A DNA stretch of 29,632 nucleotides from Bacilli bacterium (GCA_051891155.1 JBJFEV010000082.1:1-29632), one strand, 5' to 3'; shown: positions 10,025-19,462, counted from the first letter of the stretch. A program made the numbers and translations. The notes: generated by a model not told the origin, from the sequence alone.

Positions 10025-10222
10025 AATAATACGCGGTACCACCTTAGTTTCTAGAAACAATCTAGACACCTCGATATTGATAACGGAATTACCCGTCTTA
10101 ACTTACTTTTAGTTCAGTTAAGAAACTAGAAAGTGATTAGTTTTACTTATTCTTTTATTCCTTTTTCACCAAAATAAGGAATTCTCTAAAAAAGAAGTCG
10201 TAGCTTTTGTCTTCCATACGTT
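9995..10222 (-). promoter_or_regulatory. T-box riboswitch (tRNA-Ile sensing, transcriptional attenuation)
   Basis: T-box AAGGTGGTACCGCG at 10045-10032, stem I AGAGA and GGTGAAA elements, candidate specifier ATC at 10137-10135, stem II TCTTAACT/AGTTAAGA, IIA/B CCGTTATC, then terminator. Confidence 0.92.
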
Positions 10223-10234
10223 TTTGACAATACT

Positions 10235-10263
10235 ATTTTATCTATATAGAAATAAAATAGCAA
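10235..10263 (-). promoter_or_regulatory. Sigma-A promoter for the T-box/ileS operon
   Basis: TTGCTA-17 nt-TAAAAT immediately upstream of stem I. Confidence 0.65.
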
Positions 10264-10296
10264 TTAAAATAAACTTTTTATTAAAATAATATTTTT

Positions 10297-11001
10297 CTAT
10301 TTGAAAATAAAGCGATAAATATAATCATATACTTCTGGAGTACAATCTTCAGCATGGCGAATAAATGTATGATTAAAATCTTTATAAATCCTTATATCTA
10401 TCTCATTACTCTTCATCATCTTTTGAATCATATAGATTTGTTTTTGTGAAACAAATTCATCCTCTGTTCCCTTCATAATTAATGTTGGACAAGTGATATA
10501 TTTATAACTCTTCTTATTTTTAATCATAGAGTGAAGGACTCCAAAAATTAAAGAAATAATGTGATTTAAATGGGCTTTCAACATCTTGCTTTTAGCTTTT
10601 TTATTCTTACGATATTTCCATTTCATCTTTAATGATTTAGTGATAACTTTAACATAATTTGGAATAAAACCCGAACCGATTAATTTGAAAGTAGGAGAAA
10701 TTAACACTAAACGATTGATATCTTTATGCTCTTTACATAAGCGAGCCACTAAAGAGGTGGAAAAAGAGAAGCCTAAAACATTTACTTCATATCCTTGTGC
10801 TAAATAATCAGACACAACGCCATTTAAGACTTTCCATTGCCTTTTATATTTATAAGAATGATGGTCTTCATGATTATATAAATAAACTAATTTTATTTCC
10901 TCTTCCTTTTCTTTAATAGAATTAAGATAGGAAAAAAGATTATTCATATCATGATCATCATGATTCATAAGTCCATGAACCAATAAAAATATTTTTTTCA
11001 T
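10297..11001 (-). CDS. Alpha/beta-fold hydrolase (esterase/lipase-like)
   Basis: LLVHG oxyanion strand, GFSFS nucleophile elbow, GTEDEFV acid and FNHTF His. GGAGG RBS. Confidence 0.85.
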   Translation of the reverse strand: MKKIFLLVHGLMNHDDHDMNNLFSYLNSIKEKEEEIKLVYLYNHEDHHSYKYKRQWKVLNGVVSDYLAQGYEVNVLGFSFSTSLVARLCKEHKDINRLVLISPTFKLIGSGFIPNYVKVITKSLKMKWKYRKNKKAKSKMLKAHLNHIISLIFGVLHSMIKNKKSYKYITCPTLIMKGTEDEFVSQKQIYMIQKMMKSNEIDIRIYKDFNHTFIRHAEDCTPEVYDYIYRFIFK

Positions 11002-11010
11002 TGCTACCTC

Positions 11011-11727
11011 CTATCTATATTCATTCATCAATATTGCTCCCGCTACTCCTACATTTAAAGAATCAATATTTTGTATATCTATTTTAGCGACTACATCAGC
11101 TTGGGCAATATTTTCTTCCTTGACTCCTTGTCCTTCATTTCCAAGAACTAAAACAAATTTTTCTTTTCTATCTACTTTTTTATAATCTATAGCTCCTTTT
11201 AAAGCTGTTACAATTATATAATACCCAAGTTCTTTTAAATGTTCTAGAGTAATGCTATCATGTGGAATAATTTTAAAAATTGCGCCCTTTGATGAAACTA
11301 TAGTTTTTTCATTATATTTTGAAGCCGAATCAGGGCTTAAAATAACATCATCATAACCAAAAGCTAATGCAGTTCGAATAATTGTACCTACATTCCCCGG
11401 ATCCTGTACACCATCTAAATATACTACTTTATTTCCTAACGGTTTATTATCTTCTCGATAAAAAGCTAACGCCATAATGGAAGGTACAGACTTATTAGAA
11501 GAGATTTTTTCTAATATAAACGAAGGAACTATTATTTGATCGCATTGATAATCTTTTTGTTCCTCACAAGAAATAATACACTTAACCATATTATTTTCAT
11601 AACAAAAATCAACAATATCCTTTCCTTCTACAAGAAATGAATTACTGTTTTTTCTTTCTTTAACTGATTTTAACTTAATTAATTCCTTTATAAAAGGATT
11701 AGATGAACTAGTAATCGTCTTAATCAT
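11011..11727 (-). CDS. TrmH/SpoU-family RNA 2'-O-methyltransferase
   Basis: SSSNPFIK, FLVEG, LDGVQDPGNVGTIIRTA, VLGNEGQG and DSLNVGVAGAIL SPOUT motifs. Confidence 0.93.
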   Translation of the reverse strand: MIKTITSSSNPFIKELIKLKSVKERKNSNSFLVEGKDIVDFCYENNMVKCIISCEEQKDYQCDQIIVPSFILEKISSNKSVPSIMALAFYREDNKPLGNKVVYLDGVQDPGNVGTIIRTALAFGYDDVILSPDSASKYNEKTIVSSKGAIFKIIPHDSITLEHLKELGYYIIVTALKGAIDYKKVDRKEKFVLVLGNEGQGVKEENIAQADVVAKIDIQNIDSLNVGVAGAILMNEYR

Positions 11728-12371
11728 TTTCTCTCTCCATAAGTCAACTTCTTTATTAGTTTACGATAATTTGGGCAGTATTGTAAAACAATATTATAAA
11801 AATTTTTTGAATGATTATGATAAAAATAATGACTTAATTCATGAATTATTATCGCATCAATAATTTCCAAACTGTAATGTATTAAATCTTGATCAAAAGT
11901 TAGCATTTTCTTTTGATAATAATTTTTTCCACTGCAGGAACGCATATTTGTTATTTTAATTTGATGTTCAATCGGTATATTCATTATTTTTTCATATTTT
12001 CTAACTTCATTTGTAATTATCTCTAAAGTATATTTTTTCATTATTTTTTCAAGTTCTGTTCTTGATCTTACAACCATATCATAAATAGAATTTGAATTCA
12101 TACCTTCATCCAATACTACCAGTTTCTTTCTATTGCCAAGAATATCAATATAATCTCTACCTACATATGGTGAAGAATAAAATAAAGATATCTTCTTTTC
12201 ATTCATCACCTTCTCTATACTTTTTTCAAGTTCTTTTAGATTATAATTCTTGGAAACAGTAATATTTATTTGACCACCAACATAGGTAAAACGATGACTA
12301 CCTTTAGTAGTAATAAATAAATTTGTTACTATAGGATGATTATGAATATTCAAAATTACTTGTTTTTCCAT
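11724..12371 (-). CDS. YgjP-like (DUF45 / M48-type) zinc metalloprotein
   Basis: IIIHELSHYFYHNHSKNFY (HExxH plus NH...F...V...CP). GAAAGG RBS. Confidence 0.85.
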   Translation of the reverse strand: MEKQVILNIHNHPIVTNLFITTKGSHRFTYVGGQINITVSKNYNLKELEKSIEKVMNEKKISLFYSSPYVGRDYIDILGNRKKLVVLDEGMNSNSIYDMVVRSRTELEKIMKKYTLEIITNEVRKYEKIMNIPIEHQIKITNMRSCSGKNYYQKKMLTFDQDLIHYSLEIIDAIIIHELSHYFYHNHSKNFYNIVLQYCPNYRKLIKKLTYGERK

Positions 12372-12391
12372 ATAATAATCCTTTCTTTATG

Positions 12392-12400
12392 TGTTATAAT
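12392..12400 (+). promoter_or_regulatory. Extended -10 promoter for the DUF523 gene
   Basis: TGTTATAAT (TGn-TATAAT) 18 nt upstream of the ATG; no recognisable -35. Confidence 0.45.
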
Positions 12401-12418
12401 CTAACCTAGGTGATATTT

Positions 12419-12868
12419 ATGAAAGTGTTAGTTAGTGCTTGTTTACTTGGTGAAAAATGCAAATGGAATGGACGAGATAATTTTTCAGAAGCAGTGGAAA
12501 ATTTAAAAAATAAAGTAGAATTTGTTCCGGTTTGCTCAGAAGTTATTTCCGGGATGCCTACTCCACGTATTCCCTCTGAAATCATCGGTGATAAAGTATT
12601 TAATCAAATCAATTTAGATGTCAGCAAATATTTTGAGTATGGTAGAAATCAAATACTTAAAATTGCCTTAGAAAATAATATAAAATACGCAATTTTTAAA
12701 GATGGATCTCCATCTGATGGAGTTCATAAAATATATGATGGTACCTTTTCAAGAAATAAAATTGCAGGAAAAGGTAGAGTTACATCACTTCTTGAAGAAC
12801 ATCACATTAAAGTATATTCGGAAGATGAAGTAGATTTATTTATTCAAGAAGTTCTTGATAGAAAATAA
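12419..12868 (+). CDS. DUF523 / 2-thiouracil desulfidase (TudS)-family protein, divergent
   Basis: VLVSACLLG, PVCSEV.SGMPTPR, SPSDG and G.G.VT.LL family motifs. Start moved to ATG at 12419 after an AGGTGA RBS. Confidence 0.88.
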   Translation: MKVLVSACLLGEKCKWNGRDNFSEAVENLKNKVEFVPVCSEVISGMPTPRIPSEIIGDKVFNQINLDVSKYFEYGRNQILKIALENNIKYAIFKDGSPSDGVHKIYDGTFSRNKIAGKGRVTSLLEEHHIKVYSEDEVDLFIQEVLDRK

Positions 12869-12896
12869 AGGAGCAACTTAGTTGCTCCCTTTTCTT
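12866..12896. terminator. Bidirectional terminator between convergent DUF523 and glgP
   Basis: AAAGGAGCAAC-TTA-GTTGCTCCCTTTT hairpin with A and T flanks. Confidence 0.8.
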
Positions 12897-15317
12897 TTAG
12901 TCTTTGATTTCAATCTTTTCTAATTTCCAAATATCGTCAACATATTGTTGGATAGTACGATCTGATGAGAAGTAACCTGCTTTAGCAATATTTACTAAAC
13001 ATGATTTAGCCCATGCTTCTTTATCAGCATATTTTTTATCTAATGCAAGTGAAGCTTCAATATAAGAATTCAAATCTTTTAATGTGAAATATTCATCATT
13101 TCTATACATAATTTCATCAAAAATAGGTCTGAATTCATCTCTGTTATCATGCCATGTTCCATCGATTAATGAATCCATAATCATCTTAACATCATTATCG
13201 TGATGATATACATCCCATGGTGAATAAGAACCATTTCTTCTTAATTCTTCAATTTCTTCAGTCTTTAAGCCAAAGATTTGATCATTATCAGATCCCACTA
13301 ATTGATCGATTTCAACGTTAGCACCATCTAATGTTCCAAGAGTAAGTGCACCATTGATCATAAATTTCATATTAGAAGTACCAGAAGCTTCTTTACCAGC
13401 AGTAGAAATTTGTTCTGAAACATCAGCAGCTGGAATAATGACTTCTGCTGAAGATACACCATAGTTTTCAATGAAGATAACTTTCATAAATTTAGAAATT
13501 TCAGGATCATTATTAACTTGTGTAGCTACAGCGTTAATTAATTGAATAATCTTCTTTGCTAAATAATATGATGGAGCGGCTTTAGCACCAAATATATATG
13601 TATGTGGAGTAATTCTAAATGAAGCATCTTTCTTCATTCTCTTATAGAAATACATAATTCTAAAGATATTCATCAATTGACGTTTATAGGCGTGCAAACG
13701 TTTTACTTGAACGTCAAATATAGAATTAACATCGACATCAATGTTGTTGTGAACTTTGATATAAGAAGCCAATTTAACTTTATTATCTGCTTTAATTTCG
13801 TTAAGTCTTTCTAAGACTTTTTTATCTTCTTTAAAATCTAAGAACTTAACTAATTCATCAGGATTTCTAATCCAACCATCTCCGATTTTTGAAGTAACTA
13901 AATCCGCTAATTCTGGATTAGCATTTAAGAACCATCTACGATGAGTAATACCATTGGTCTTATTGTTAAATTTTTCAGGATATAAATGATAGAAATCTTT
14001 GAAAGTATCTCTACAACAAATCTCTGTATGTAATTTAGCAACACCATTTACTGAGAAGACAGTATGAATTGCTAAGTTTGTCATATGAATCATTCCATCT
14101 TTAATAATCTTTACATTATTAATGAATTGATCATCATAGCCTTTTGCTCTTAAATCTAAAATTGTTCTTCTATTGATTTCTTCAATAATCATATAGACAC
14201 GTGGTAATAAATTAGATACGTAACTTACTGGCCATTTTTCAAGTGCTTCAGCCATAATAGTATGGTTAGTATATGCCATCATATGTGTCACTTGATACCA
14301 AGCATCATCCCAACCAAAACCATGTTCATCCATGAGTAATCTCATAATTTCAGGAATTGCTAAAATTGGGTGAGTATCATTTAATTGGAAGACAAATTTT
14401 TCACACATATTATTTAGTGTGCCAAATCTTCTCTTATGACCTCTAATCATTGATTGTAAACCAGCAGAAACTAAGAAATATTGTTGTCTTAATCTTAAAA
14501 TACGTCCATGCTCTGTAGAATCATCTGGATATAAACCGTGACATAATTCTTTAATTGCACTTAAATAATCTGAGAAAGATTGGTTTTGTGGTAAATTTTC
14601 TTCAGATGGTTCAGCTGACCATAATCTTAAAGTATTAACAACTTTATTCTTATAACCGATTACTGGAACATCATAAGGAACAGCTTTAACGTGCATTGCA
14701 TTAACTGTTCTGCTTCTGATACATCCGTCAGTATCTTGATATGTTTCAGCATTTCCATAGAATTTTACTTCTACTGCATGTTTTGGTTTTTTAATTTCCC
14801 AAACATTAGTGTTTTGTAACCATTGATCAGGAACTTCAACTTGTTTTCCATCAACAATTTTTTGTTTGAAGAAACCATATTCATATCTGATACAGTTTCC
14901 ATGTCCTGGATAACCAAGTGAAGCAATTGAATCTAAGAAACAAGCCGCTAAACGACCTAAACCACCATTTCCTAGACCAGCATCTGATTCTTGATTTTCA
15001 AGTTCGTGGATATCGATACCAAGTTTTGCTAAACCTTCTTTTGCCACTTGGTAGATACCTAAGTTTTGCATGTTATTTACTAATAAACGACCAATTAAAA
15101 ATTCCATTGAGAAATATACTAATTGTTTTCCTTTATGATCTGTAACATAATCTTTAGATAATTTCCAATCTTCTGCACAAGCATCTCTTACCATTGTACC
15201 AAGTACATCATATAATTCTGTAATGTGGCATCTTTTGTAATCGACTCCGTATTTGGTTACAGCTCTTTTTTCAAATTCCTTAACGAAATTTTCAGTGTTT
15301 TTAAACATGTTTTCCAT
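12897..15317 (-). CDS. glgP: Glycogen/starch/maltodextrin phosphorylase (GT35)
   Basis: GLGNGGLGRLAACFLDS, QLNDTHP, QVKRLHAYKRQ and the PLP-lysine motif EASGTSNMKF...GTLDGANVEI. Confidence 0.97.
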   Translation of the reverse strand: MENMFKNTENFVKEFEKRAVTKYGVDYKRCHITELYDVLGTMVRDACAEDWKLSKDYVTDHKGKQLVYFSMEFLIGRLLVNNMQNLGIYQVAKEGLAKLGIDIHELENQESDAGLGNGGLGRLAACFLDSIASLGYPGHGNCIRYEYGFFKQKIVDGKQVEVPDQWLQNTNVWEIKKPKHAVEVKFYGNAETYQDTDGCIRSRTVNAMHVKAVPYDVPVIGYKNKVVNTLRLWSAEPSEENLPQNQSFSDYLSAIKELCHGLYPDDSTEHGRILRLRQQYFLVSAGLQSMIRGHKRRFGTLNNMCEKFVFQLNDTHPILAIPEIMRLLMDEHGFGWDDAWYQVTHMMAYTNHTIMAEALEKWPVSYVSNLLPRVYMIIEEINRRTILDLRAKGYDDQFINNVKIIKDGMIHMTNLAIHTVFSVNGVAKLHTEICCRDTFKDFYHLYPEKFNNKTNGITHRRWFLNANPELADLVTSKIGDGWIRNPDELVKFLDFKEDKKVLERLNEIKADNKVKLASYIKVHNNIDVDVNSIFDVQVKRLHAYKRQLMNIFRIMYFYKRMKKDASFRITPHTYIFGAKAAPSYYLAKKIIQLINAVATQVNNDPEISKFMKVIFIENYGVSSAEVIIPAADVSEQISTAGKEASGTSNMKFMINGALTLGTLDGANVEIDQLVGSDNDQIFGLKTEEIEELRRNGSYSPWDVYHHDNDVKMIMDSLIDGTWHDNRDEFRPIFDEIMYRNDEYFTLKDLNSYIEASLALDKKYADKEAWAKSCLVNIAKAGYFSSDRTIQQYVDDIWKLEKIEIKD

Positions 15318-15389
15318 AATCCTCTTTTATATTCCTTTCATAACATCATTTAAAATCGAAGTATAACTATAATATATTAATATTATTTA

Positions 15390-17303
15390 CTATCTTTTTT
15401 TTGCGCTTACTGTTGTTTTCTTTTTTCTTGTTACTGCTTGAACAACAACATCCTTTGGTTCGTCAGTTGCAATTTGCTTAGTGACGTGCTTTAAGATCAA
15501 TGCACCGAAGGAAGCGAGTTTAATTGTTATATGATATTTTTGATTGAAACAGTATCCTTCTTGTGCTTGTAAAGGTAAACCATTATATTGGTTAAATCCA
15601 CCATATACATCTTTATCAGAGTTGAATATTTCTACATATTCACCAAGTTCAGTAACTCCGATATTATAACTTTCATAGAAGTAAGGCGTCATATTGTAAA
15701 TGAAGATTAAGCTCTCATCACCTACTTGACGTTTAAAAGCGTAAATTGATTGATCACGATTATCGGCCATTAACCATTGGAAATGAGCTTGATTATGCTC
15801 TTCAAAATACATTGCTTTTTCACTTCTATATATTAAGTTTAAATCTCTTACTAAACGAGAAATAGAATCATGAATTGGATAAACTTTTAGATTCCAAGGT
15901 AATGATTTTGTTTCATTCCATTCATCAAATGAAGCAAGTTCGTTACCCATGAAATTCAATTTTTTACCTGGATGACCCCATTGATATGCATAAAGATTTC
16001 TCAATTGAGCAAATTTTTGATCATAATTTCCCCACATCTTATTGATAATAGTACCCTTACCATGCACAACTTCATCGTGAGATAAAGGTAGCATAAAGTT
16101 ATCTGAATAGAAATAAGCCATTGAGAAAGTTAATTGATAATGGTGATACTTACGATAAATAGGATCTTTTCCGTAATACTTTAAAGTATCGTTCATCCAA
16201 CCTAAATCCCATTTATAGTCAAAGCCTAATCCACCATATTCAAGCGGACGAGTAACTCCGTTATACGCAGAAGAATCTTCTGCGATTAACATAACATTAG
16301 GATGGAATAAATGCATTTTGCCATTCAATCTCTTTACAAATTCAATAGCGCCAGCATTTTCTCCTCTTGAACAATCTCCATGCCAATAAATTACATTAGA
16401 TATCGCATCGAATCTTACACCATCAAAATGGAAATAAGAAATGAAGAAGTTAACTGATGACATCAAGAATGATCTAACAGGATCTTTGCCTAAATCGAAT
16501 AAATATGAGCCCCATTGTGATTTTTCAGCATCGCCTTGGCCTTCATATAAACATGAACCATCAAATTTAGCTAAGCCAAAATTGTCTGTTGCAAAGTGAA
16601 CTACGACAAAATCAAGAATAACACCGATTCCCGCTCTATGTAATCTATCAACAAAAGACATTAATTGTTTTGGATTACCATATCTAGAATCAACTGAGAA
16701 GAATCCAGTAGCTTGATATCCCCATGATCCATCAAATGGATATTGTGTAATTGGCATAATTTCTACATGAGTAAATCCATTTTCATGAATATAATTTATT
16801 AAGTGATCCGCTATTTCTTCATATGATAAATATCTTCCATCTCTCATACCAAGCCATGAACCAAGATGCATTTCATAAATTGACATTGGCTTATCAAAGC
16901 ATCTTGTCATTGAATTCATATAATCCCCATCCATCCATGGGAAACCATTGATATCAAATATTTTTGAACATGATCCAGGTTTATATTCACTATAGAAAGC
17001 ATATGGATCAGCCTTATCAATGTAATTATTATTGCAATCCAAAATATGATATTTGTATGTTTGATATTCTCTAAGTCCAGGAACAAATATTTCATATACA
17101 CCAGTATCGTCAATTTTGCTCATCACATGAACTCTAGGATCCCATCCGTTAAATTCACCGATTAAAGAAATTTGTTTTGCTAATGGAGCATATACTCTAA
17201 ATACGACTCCATCTTTGTCAAACATATGGCAAAAATGTGCACCAAAATAATCAAATGCTGTAACAGATTGTCCATTTAAGAAATCATAAATTCTCAAGTC
17301 CAT
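15390..17303 (-). CDS. glgB: 1,4-alpha-glucan branching enzyme (GH13)
   Basis: YEMHLGSW, SWGYQ, DGVRFDA (nucleophile), IAEDS (acid/base) and LSHDEVVHGK. Start moved to ATG at 17303 after a GAGGAGG RBS. Confidence 0.97.
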   Translation of the reverse strand: MDLRIYDFLNGQSVTAFDYFGAHFCHMFDKDGVVFRVYAPLAKQISLIGEFNGWDPRVHVMSKIDDTGVYEIFVPGLREYQTYKYHILDCNNNYIDKADPYAFYSEYKPGSCSKIFDINGFPWMDGDYMNSMTRCFDKPMSIYEMHLGSWLGMRDGRYLSYEEIADHLINYIHENGFTHVEIMPITQYPFDGSWGYQATGFFSVDSRYGNPKQLMSFVDRLHRAGIGVILDFVVVHFATDNFGLAKFDGSCLYEGQGDAEKSQWGSYLFDLGKDPVRSFLMSSVNFFISYFHFDGVRFDAISNVIYWHGDCSRGENAGAIEFVKRLNGKMHLFHPNVMLIAEDSSAYNGVTRPLEYGGLGFDYKWDLGWMNDTLKYYGKDPIYRKYHHYQLTFSMAYFYSDNFMLPLSHDEVVHGKGTIINKMWGNYDQKFAQLRNLYAYQWGHPGKKLNFMGNELASFDEWNETKSLPWNLKVYPIHDSISRLVRDLNLIYRSEKAMYFEEHNQAHFQWLMADNRDQSIYAFKRQVGDESLIFIYNMTPYFYESYNIGVTELGEYVEIFNSDKDVYGGFNQYNGLPLQAQEGYCFNQKYHITIKLASFGALILKHVTKQIATDEPKDVVVQAVTRKKKTTVSAKKR

Positions 17304-17330
17304 AAAGAACCTCCTCACATAGATAACTTC

Positions 17331-17359
17331 ATTGTAGCAAAAAATAGAGTGTTTTTAAA
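17331..17359 (-). promoter_or_regulatory. Sigma-A promoter for glgB-glgP
   Basis: TTTAAA-17 nt-TACAAT with a TGn extension. Confidence 0.55.
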
Positions 17360-17435
17360 CAATAAATTACCCCTTATTCGCTTTTTTTCTTCAAACAAAA
17401 CTATTTTTACAAAAAATAATTACATAATAAAAAGA

Positions 17436-17449
17436 TGTAAGCGCTTCAT
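17436..17449. promoter_or_regulatory. Candidate cre site (CcpA operator)
   Basis: TGTAAGCGCTTCAT, one mismatch to the TGWAARCGYTWNCW consensus, in the divergent glgB/ackA intergenic region. Confidence 0.55.
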
Positions 17450-17494
17450 ATAAAGAATTATCGAACTAATTAGCAATCAAAAATTGTTTTTCTC

Positions 17495-17523
17495 TTTACT
17501 TTATCTTATATATAGTCTAAAAT
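17495..17523 (+). promoter_or_regulatory. Sigma-A promoter for ackA
   Basis: TTTACT-17 nt-TAAAAT upstream of the AGGAGG RBS. Confidence 0.5.
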
Positions 17524-17550
17524 TAGTACGATAGTTTAGGAGGAAGTAAT

Positions 17551-18756
17551 ATGTCTAAAATTATGGCTGTCAATGCTGGTAGTTCATCATTAAAATTTAA
17601 ACTTTTTGAAATGCCAGAAGAAAAAGTAATATGTTCCGGTATTGCTGATAGAATTGGTCACGAAGATGCAATTTTTTCAATCAAACCTGCAGGAAAAGAA
17701 AAGAACGAAACTATTTGTAGTATTCCAGATCATGCTGTAGCAGTTGAAATGTTATTAGAAGCTTTAGTGGATGAAGGTATTGTTGCTTCATTAGATGAAA
17801 TTAAAGGCGTAGGACATCGTATTGTCCAAGGTGGAGCTTATTTTTCACATTCAGAAATATTTGATAAAAAAGTTGAAGAGAAAATTGAAAGTTTAATTCC
17901 ACTAGCTCCTCTTCATAATGGTGCTCACCTAATTGGTTATCGTGCATTTAGAGATGCATTACCAAATGTAAAAAATGTAGCAGTTTTTGATACTGCATTC
18001 CATCAAACAATGGAACCTGAAGATTATATGTACGCTTGCCCATATGAATATTATGAAAAATATGCAGTAAGAAGATACGGTGCTCATGGTACTTCCCATT
18101 TATATCTTTCTCAAAAAGCAGAAGAATATTTAGCGCCAGGTTCAAAAAGAAGAGTTATTTCTTGCCATATTGGTTCAGGAGCTTCTCTATGTGCAATTAA
18201 AGAAGGAAAATGTGTTACTACATCAATGGGCTTAACTCCATTAGCAGGTGTTATGATGGGCACAAGAACTGGTGATATTGATGGTTCAGTTATGCCTTAT
18301 CTTGTTAAACAAACTGGCAAAGATGCTGAAACAATTTATCAAGAATTTAACAAAAAATCTGGTCTACTTGGAATTTCCGGTGTTTCTAATGACACTCGTG
18401 ATATTGAAAAAGCAGCCAATGAAGGAAACGAAAGAGCAAATCTTGCAATTAAGATGTTCGCAAGAAGAGTAGCGGATTATATCGGTCAATATTATGTCCG
18501 TTTAGGTGGATGTGACTTAATCGTATTCTCTGCTGGTATTGGTGAAAATTCGGAATTCTTTAGAGCGAAGATTTTAGAACAATGTTCTGAAGCTTTAGGA
18601 CTTGTTATCGACGAAGAATTAAATAATGTAACCATCAAAGGTAAAGAAGGTTTAATCTCAACCATTGACTCAAAGATTCCTGTAGTAGTAATTCCAACTG
18701 ATGAAGAAGTTATGATTGCTCGCGATGTTGTTTCTTTAGTTAAACCAAAGCAATAA
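17551..18756 (+). CDS. ackA: Acetate kinase
   Basis: NAGSSSLKF, GHRIVQGG, APLHN, FDTAFH, YGAHGTSH, MGLTPLAG.MMGTRTGD, FSAGIGEN and PTDEE motifs. Confidence 0.98.
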   Translation: MSKIMAVNAGSSSLKFKLFEMPEEKVICSGIADRIGHEDAIFSIKPAGKEKNETICSIPDHAVAVEMLLEALVDEGIVASLDEIKGVGHRIVQGGAYFSHSEIFDKKVEEKIESLIPLAPLHNGAHLIGYRAFRDALPNVKNVAVFDTAFHQTMEPEDYMYACPYEYYEKYAVRRYGAHGTSHLYLSQKAEEYLAPGSKRRVISCHIGSGASLCAIKEGKCVTTSMGLTPLAGVMMGTRTGDIDGSVMPYLVKQTGKDAETIYQEFNKKSGLLGISGVSNDTRDIEKAANEGNERANLAIKMFARRVADYIGQYYVRLGGCDLIVFSAGIGENSEFFRAKILEQCSEALGLVIDEELNNVTIKGKEGLISTIDSKIPVVVIPTDEEVMIARDVVSLVKPKQ

Positions 18757-18768
18757 ATTATATTCATT

Positions 18769-18803
18769 AAAAAAATCAGTGAGTAGTACCCACTGATTTT
18801 TTT
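18769..18803. terminator. Bidirectional terminator between convergent ackA and trmB
   Basis: Perfect 13-bp stem AAAAAAATCAGTG / CACTGATTTTTTT with a 9-nt loop. Confidence 0.88.
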
Positions 18804-18823
18804 ATTATCTTTTTATATTAATT

Positions 18824-19462
18824 TTACTTATTTTTGAGTTTAGCTATAAATCTTTTAATCGGTGTTCCGATTGTTCTAAACTTTTTCTCATATTCAGTTT
18901 GCGCATCAAAATCATCATCACCTTTATAATCAAATGTCGATGATTCAATTTCAAAAGGTGAATCTTTCACATATTCTAAAGAATCGATAAATAAAGATTC
19001 ATTATCAGTTTTAAAAATTAATTTTCCTTCACCAGCAATAATCTTAGCGTATTCTTGCAATTTTGTTGGATAAGTCAAGCGTCTTTTTTGTTGACGTTTC
19101 TTTGGCCAAGGATCAGAAAAATTAAGGAATATTGTTTGAAATTTAATACCATTTAATTCTTCAAAAATATATCCAATATCAGAATTAACAAGTAAAACAT
19201 TATCTATATTTTCCGCTTCAAGTTTACGAACAATATAAGCTATTGCCATCGATTGCATCTCAACAGCAATAAAATGATAAGAAGGATATTTCTTAGCCAT
19301 TTCTATTATGAAATCTCCCTTTCCAGAGCCAATTTCAATGTAAAGATTATCTTTTTTGATAAAATTTTGAAAAATATCTTCTTTTAATCGATCAGCAGTA
19401 ATAACTAAATCGAGGTTTTCTTTTATTAGTTCATCACCCCAAGGTTTATGTTTTAGTCTCAT
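18824..19462 (-). CDS. trmB: tRNA (guanine-N7) methyltransferase
   Basis: IEIGSGKG, NFSDPWPKKR, KRRL, FKTDN and TEYEKKF. Confidence 0.96.
   Translation of the reverse strand: MRLKHKPWGDELIKENLDLVITADRLKEDIFQNFIKKDNLYIEIGSGKGDFIIEMAKKYPSYHFIAVEMQSMAIAYIVRKLEAENIDNVLLVNSDIGYIFEELNGIKFQTIFLNFSDPWPKKRQQKRRLTYPTKLQEYAKIIAGEGKLIFKTDNESLFIDSLEYVKDSPFEIESSTFDYKGDDDFDAQTEYEKKFRTIGTPIKRFIAKLKNK

Noticed and set aside
17417-17444. dif-like site (TTATGTAATTA arm on the minus strand)
   Set aside because: Only the XerD-like arm partly matches; the other arm does not. AT-rich chance is likely and the region is better explained by the cre site.
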